Positions 56,801-62,800 of a DNA stretch of 64,000 nucleotides are shown piece by piece (position 1 is the first letter of the stretch; the number at the start of each line of letters is the position of its first letter). The stretch lies in assembly GCF_052425735.1 (NCBI RefSeq), contig NC_135771.1, forward strand, positions 4,526,001-4,590,000, given 5' to 3'. The DNA comes from Oculina patagonica (Eukaryota). The position numbers and the translations under genes were made by a program. The notes beneath the pieces were generated by a model. The model did not search any database, was not told where the DNA came from, and saw nothing but the letters and a program-made list of their open reading frames with translations.

Positions 56801-59800
56801 TCACTATATAGGTCTTCACCCATTGGTTGGCATCTTGTCGGCCTTGTGTTGCTATTCCTTTAAATTTTGTTATATCACCGAAATTAACCTTGAGCCACTG
56901 TTTGGTATTTCTAGTGCGTACACTCCAGGACCAGCGGTGGTTCAATCTGCCATGCCATGGTGAAAGGTGGTGGTTGTAGTAGGTAGAGGCTGTTATATCT
57001 CCTGGAGTGAGACGCTTGTCTTCTAAACCAAGAGGCATGTTGCAACGGTCTGCAAAGTAAGATGAACAAAATGCAATGAACAAGTAGTAAAAGTTAAGAC
57101 TAAAGGAAAATTTACAAAGAACCAGAGAAGGGACATCCTGGGTACCAGAGGATTTTTCTCGCACGCAGCGGATTACTCTTCAGCGGCCGACATGACCGAC
57201 ACCAGAAGCTGTGCAAGAAAAACCTTTGTCACCAAGGGTAGAGAAGGGAAGAAAGGAACAAACAAATGGACAAACAAATAAGCCTGCCTCTCCAGAAAGG
57301 GGTGAAAGGAGGGACGGAGGGAATCAGGAAAACATTTCATTTAAACTAGAATGACTAACGTAGAATAAGTTTGGGGACTATCATTAAGAACCAAGATTAT
57401 TATTAAAATAGTGGTATTATTAATGGTTGTATGAGAAAAACATCAAGGCCAACGATGGCAACCAATAATAATGTGATTAAACCTGGGAAACAGTATTGAT
57501 AGTCATGTCTAGATAAATAAAGTAAAAAAAAATTATTCACACCTTCAACGCATCCATAGAACTCCACTCTCATAGAGATGTGTTTATACCATCCCCAAGG
57601 TCGAACCTGAATAAACCGTGCCTTGATTGGTGGATAGAACCTGTGCTGTACCACTGTGTTTTGGTCTCGGTTACCTTGGAAGTACTAAATAAAAAGAAAC
57701 AACGAAAATTATAAAGGACACATAGCTAACTTCAGAAACATTATTTATCAGGAATCCTTGACCATAATGAGAAGGAACATTCCGGTTGGTCCAAATTTTG
57801 CAATATCGTAAGCTTAGGTGAACCACGCCCAAAATAGCTTAGCTGACCCAGTTTGGGTTTTTTGAAGCATTTTGCAAAAGAAAGCAAACTTCATAATAAG
57901 TGGAAGCGTTTTTTTCACATGTCTGGCCAATGATTTTGGTTTAACATCTGGGAAAGAAGCTTCAACTTCACGATGCTCAACACAGCTATGCAAATTTGCA
58001 GATAATAGATGCCTTATGTATCAGCAAAGTTATATTGTAGAAGAGCCCTTAATTGCAAAATGAATTTGAACACAACGAATTTTTCCCCGATACAAAACAC
58101 ACACTAGCACAATACAACATCTACATATAAAGGTAAATACAACAAACGTACCTTTCTATTGCTGTTTTCTTTATACTCAGCGAAATTTGCACCATCTTGA
58201 CCGTATTTAACGAAAAACCGTGTCACCCACTGACGTGCGTCTTGTCTTCCTTGAATAGCAATCTTCACTACACGCATGGAGCGTCTGAAGTCCACTTGTA
58301 ACCACTGGTAGTGATTATTGTGGCGTGATGACCACGCCCCAGTCCTCGCGCGGCTTCTACGCCAATACAGTCTGGCATTACTTGGTCCATGATTTCGATC
58401 CCACATGGAAGATGCTGTGATTTGATTGGCACGAACGCGGCCATTTTTCATTCCTAAGGCTTTGTCGCATCTTGGGCCTATTGTGGGAAGAAAAGGCATG
58501 TGTGAGTATTGTAACTAAACTTAGAAAGTTATAGAAATATATATTTAGATACAAGCAGTTTATTGAAGTTCATTTTAGAATCAAAATTAATACAAAAACA
58601 AGAAAAGGATAAAAGAAAAGAATTCATAGCTTAATTGATTAGCTTTGCTGATCTTGATCACCACTATTTAAACATGAAACCTGTGACATTATTAACCCCC
58701 TATCTAGTCTTTCTTAGTTGTGTGATTGCGCGCATAAAGGCAAGAAAGATAAACAAATTTAAGAAATTGACACTTATGATTACATTATATATACATAAAC
58801 CTACCAATGACGCAACCATAGAGCTCAACTCTCATGGAGATCCAGCTACGCCAGGTGACAGGATGTATCTTGAAGTAACGACCCGCCAGTGGTCGCATAA
58901 ATCGGTGCCTTACGACTACATATCTGTCAAAGTTACCTTGGAAAATCTGGGAGATAAAAAAATAGACCATAAATCCACAAGTTTTACTCCTTTCTTATTT
59001 CAAGCCTCAAAGTATAATAATTGATAAACCCCCTTCTCTATTATCAGCACATAAAACAGCCTCCACTGAAAATTATATAAACCCCCTGGCTGTCCCTACA
59101 ACCCTCTCTAACAAAATCAAAAGTGAAAGAAAAAAAAGTAAAACATGTTTTGTAAAAACTTATTCTAAAATACGCTTAGTCTGGTCTTCTTAACCAGTCC
59201 AGAGTTTGAAATATAAACTCTTCTTGCTGCCTTTTTACTTACAATTTTATTGCTATACACTTTTTTATGTAAATTTTGAGAATTTGGTGAAAAATCAAGA
59301 TGAAAATCCCTCCTTGTGACCTGTCTCCTTGGATGGAAGTAACGTTTTTAACTTACATTTGTCTTAGAGCGGTTTTTACTTGAGTGTGGAAAGTAATTCG
59401 CATTTGCTTTGGTTTTGCATAACTACGCTTAGTGATTGGTTTAAAAAAAACTTGCGCCACTTTCGCAGCCAATCGAAAGTATAACCAAAAGCAATTGTGA
59501 TTCGCGTGCGCCCTTTTCCCGCGTATTTGCTTGGAGTTTTGATTGATTAATTCGATTGTCTGTATTCTTTGTGATTGGCCTGAGTGATAACTTTGGTTTT
59601 GGTTTTACGACACTCAATCGAAAATCGCGCTATATCCTTTTCCAGAACACTAACTAACCTTTGTTCTTCTGTACTCCTTATAGGTCACAAACCGGAATCC
59701 CTTGACACTATAAGATACATAGTAACTTGTGACCCACTGGTCGGCGTTCTGTCGACCTTGAGTAGCAACTCGTGACACACGAGTAAGCCCTCCAAAGTCA

Positions 59801-62800
59801 ATCTTGAGCCACTGGCGTTTGTCATTTCGTTTCGCATACCACGCCCCTCCAAGCCTACCCACACGTCGCTGGTGGAGCCTGGCGTTTCTTGGTGCACCGT
59901 AGAAGTTGTAATATGAGGAAGCCGTGATGAGTTGGGCAGGGACACGGCCATCTTCCAATCCAAGAGGAACGTCACACCTACCTTTATTAAAGAAATGAAA
60001 ATCAGTTAAGTGGACATCAAGGAATATAAAGAAATTCTCCACTTAATGAGAACAATAATTTATTGGACAATTTTTGAAGACCAGATTTATAGGAGATTAA
60101 CTTCAGCATGTTCAAGTAGTTGAACTTCATGTAAACAGCAATCTGACCATCCGAAAAAGATGTTACATGTACCTCAACCAGATTGCAGTTTCTACGAAAA
60201 CAATTAGACAACGAGCCTTTGCTTTCTATAAACGATAATGAACTCGGCTTCGCCTCGTTAACTATTCGCTCAAAGAAAATTCGGATTCGTACTCTTGTTC
60301 TCAATAAATAGCGCACATTAAGGTCTTTTTACTTACTCCATGCGCCAGCAAACAGCTCAAGTCTCATTGAGATATGTGAACGCCAGCCACGTGGGACGAT
60401 TTTAACGAATCGTGCATACAAGGGAGGGTTGAATGAGCGAGTTTGAACACCATTTCGATCGTAATTTCCTTTGAAAGTCTAAATACAGTACAACAAAAAG
60501 GAAAACAAACAACAGTCAAACAAATAAAAGAGAGTATAGAAAAGTAAAACAAGTTTACGTTTCCCTAAAAATTTACCTGACTTGCAAGATTAATTATCAT
60601 TTCTGCAACCATTTCAATCTAGTCAAAAATCTAATCATCCTTACTTGCCCATGACTTTCAAAATTTGTGCTTTTATAATGTTACACAACAGAAAAGTGCC
60701 AGAACTGGTTACAAGTGCTATGACCGACGTGTATACCTTCCTCATTGTACTGCAATAAGCTCTTTGCAGAACATGGTCATGGGACAAGGGGTAGTGCAAA
60801 ATGATTCCCAGAAACACAAAGAGCACGATGAAATAAGTAAGGTTGCCCTTTTCGAGACTGCTGATGCTTAAACGTTAGATTTTATAGTAGTTTAAAGGCT
60901 TTAAAAGTTTAAAGGATTTGTATGGAAAGAGTTGCTTGATGGCAAGGCTTGCCCTCCAGTATACAAATCCTCAAATTTCAAAAACATTCAAACCACTATA
61001 AAACCTCACACTTACGCATCAGCAGTCTCAAAATTAGCAACCTTTAATTTCATCATGTTCTTTTCATTTTTGGCAACCATTTTGTCCTACCGCATACTTT
61101 TATAATTGACAAGATCACGTGATCGGTTTTCTGCAAAGGGCCTATTACCCCCAAAATCATCTGCTTTGAGGAGAACACTGCCTTTGTATGAAATGCACAG
61201 CTGTAAATTTCGTTTTACGATTTGACATATTTTATTACTGTCAACCAAAATGAACACAAAAAACACTTACCCTGATGTAATCCCACCAATATGTGACTCT
61301 AGAATAGTGAACTCCATCTAAACTGTAGTAAACATAATAGGCAGTCACCCATTGGTCTGCATCTTGCCGTCCTTGTGTTGCGATACCTGTGACCTTGGAT
61401 GACCTTCCTAAGTCAATCTTCAACCACTGGTTGTGGTTGTTATGGCGGGAAGCCCATGAGCCGATGTAACGACCCTGCTTTGCAATATGCAATCGGGCAC
61501 GGAATGGAGCATGGAATTTGTCCCATTGGGATGAGGCGGTCATGGCAGCATTCTTAATTTTACCACTTTGAATACCTTGGACTTGGTCACAGAATCGTTC
61601 TAAGGAGAGAATTGAAAAGGATATTGCATTTCACAAATCGCTGCTTTTTGTCTTTAGACTACAGGGCTTTCATTAAGATTTTAGTGTAGAGCAAAGAGCA
61701 ATAAAAGAAACTGACATTATCTCCCCTTCACAGGAGCTGCACGAACGTTATCCGGCAAATCACGAGAGGATACCCGCCGGAGCTCTGGTGGGTGCCGGGT
61801 CTTACTGAAAGCCCTAGAGACAAAATAACTTACTAGAAACATTTTTCAGCGTGAACTTTAACCGCTGCAAAAGCCTTACAACCAACATTTGACTTTTTTA
61901 ATTTTAAGGCTAGTTGCAAATGTAACTATTGCATTTCATAGATTTTAGCGACTTATTTTTAGCATAATTATCATTTTTCAAGTTTTTAATTCTGGGTGTA
62001 ACATTTAAAGTGGGTGGGTTAAAGTGGGTTAAAAATTTTTTACTCATAAGATATTGTAATCTAGCTATTTTTATGTAATCTAGCTATTTTACAATATCTA
62101 GATATTGTAATCTAGCTATTTTACATGCTTGAGTGAAATAATTGATCGTCAAGAAATCCCGCTCGCAAATTGTACTGTGATAATTACATAATACACCCAA
62201 ATTTGTCTGAGTTGAGTAACACAAATAGAATTTAGCCGGAAACATCGTCGATTTCGTTTTAAACGCGTTACTTTTTTTAATTTTCATGTAATTTCATTGA
62301 GCTTACCTTTATACCGACAACCGTACAATTCTACTCGCATGGCAATATAACTGCGCCAAGTCTTGGGATGGATACGTAGAAAACGGGCCTTGATTGCTGG
62401 GATTATCTTGAAAGAAACTGTGTTGTAGATATCGTAGTTACCACGGAAAACCTAACAAAAAAGGAAATCATGGTAAAACCGAGTTATTCAGTTTTCAAGC
62501 ACGCACAAGCACATCTAAACATATATGCAGGTCCTGATTGCAAAGAACTTTCAGAAAAAAAATCAAAACTGGGGCTTCAGTGGGATTGAAACGCATGACC
62601 TGTGTGATATACTAGTGTAGTGTTCTACTGTAACTACCTTGAATAATAAAGCAAGTTCATTTTAAGTAATTTTCACTTTTGTGCCGAAAGTAGTTCGCGT
62701 TTGGTTTAGTTTTGCATTACTACGCTTAGTAATAGCATAGTTAATGGATGGTAAGAGAAACCTGCGCTGCTTTCTTAACCATTCAGAAGTAAAACTAAAA

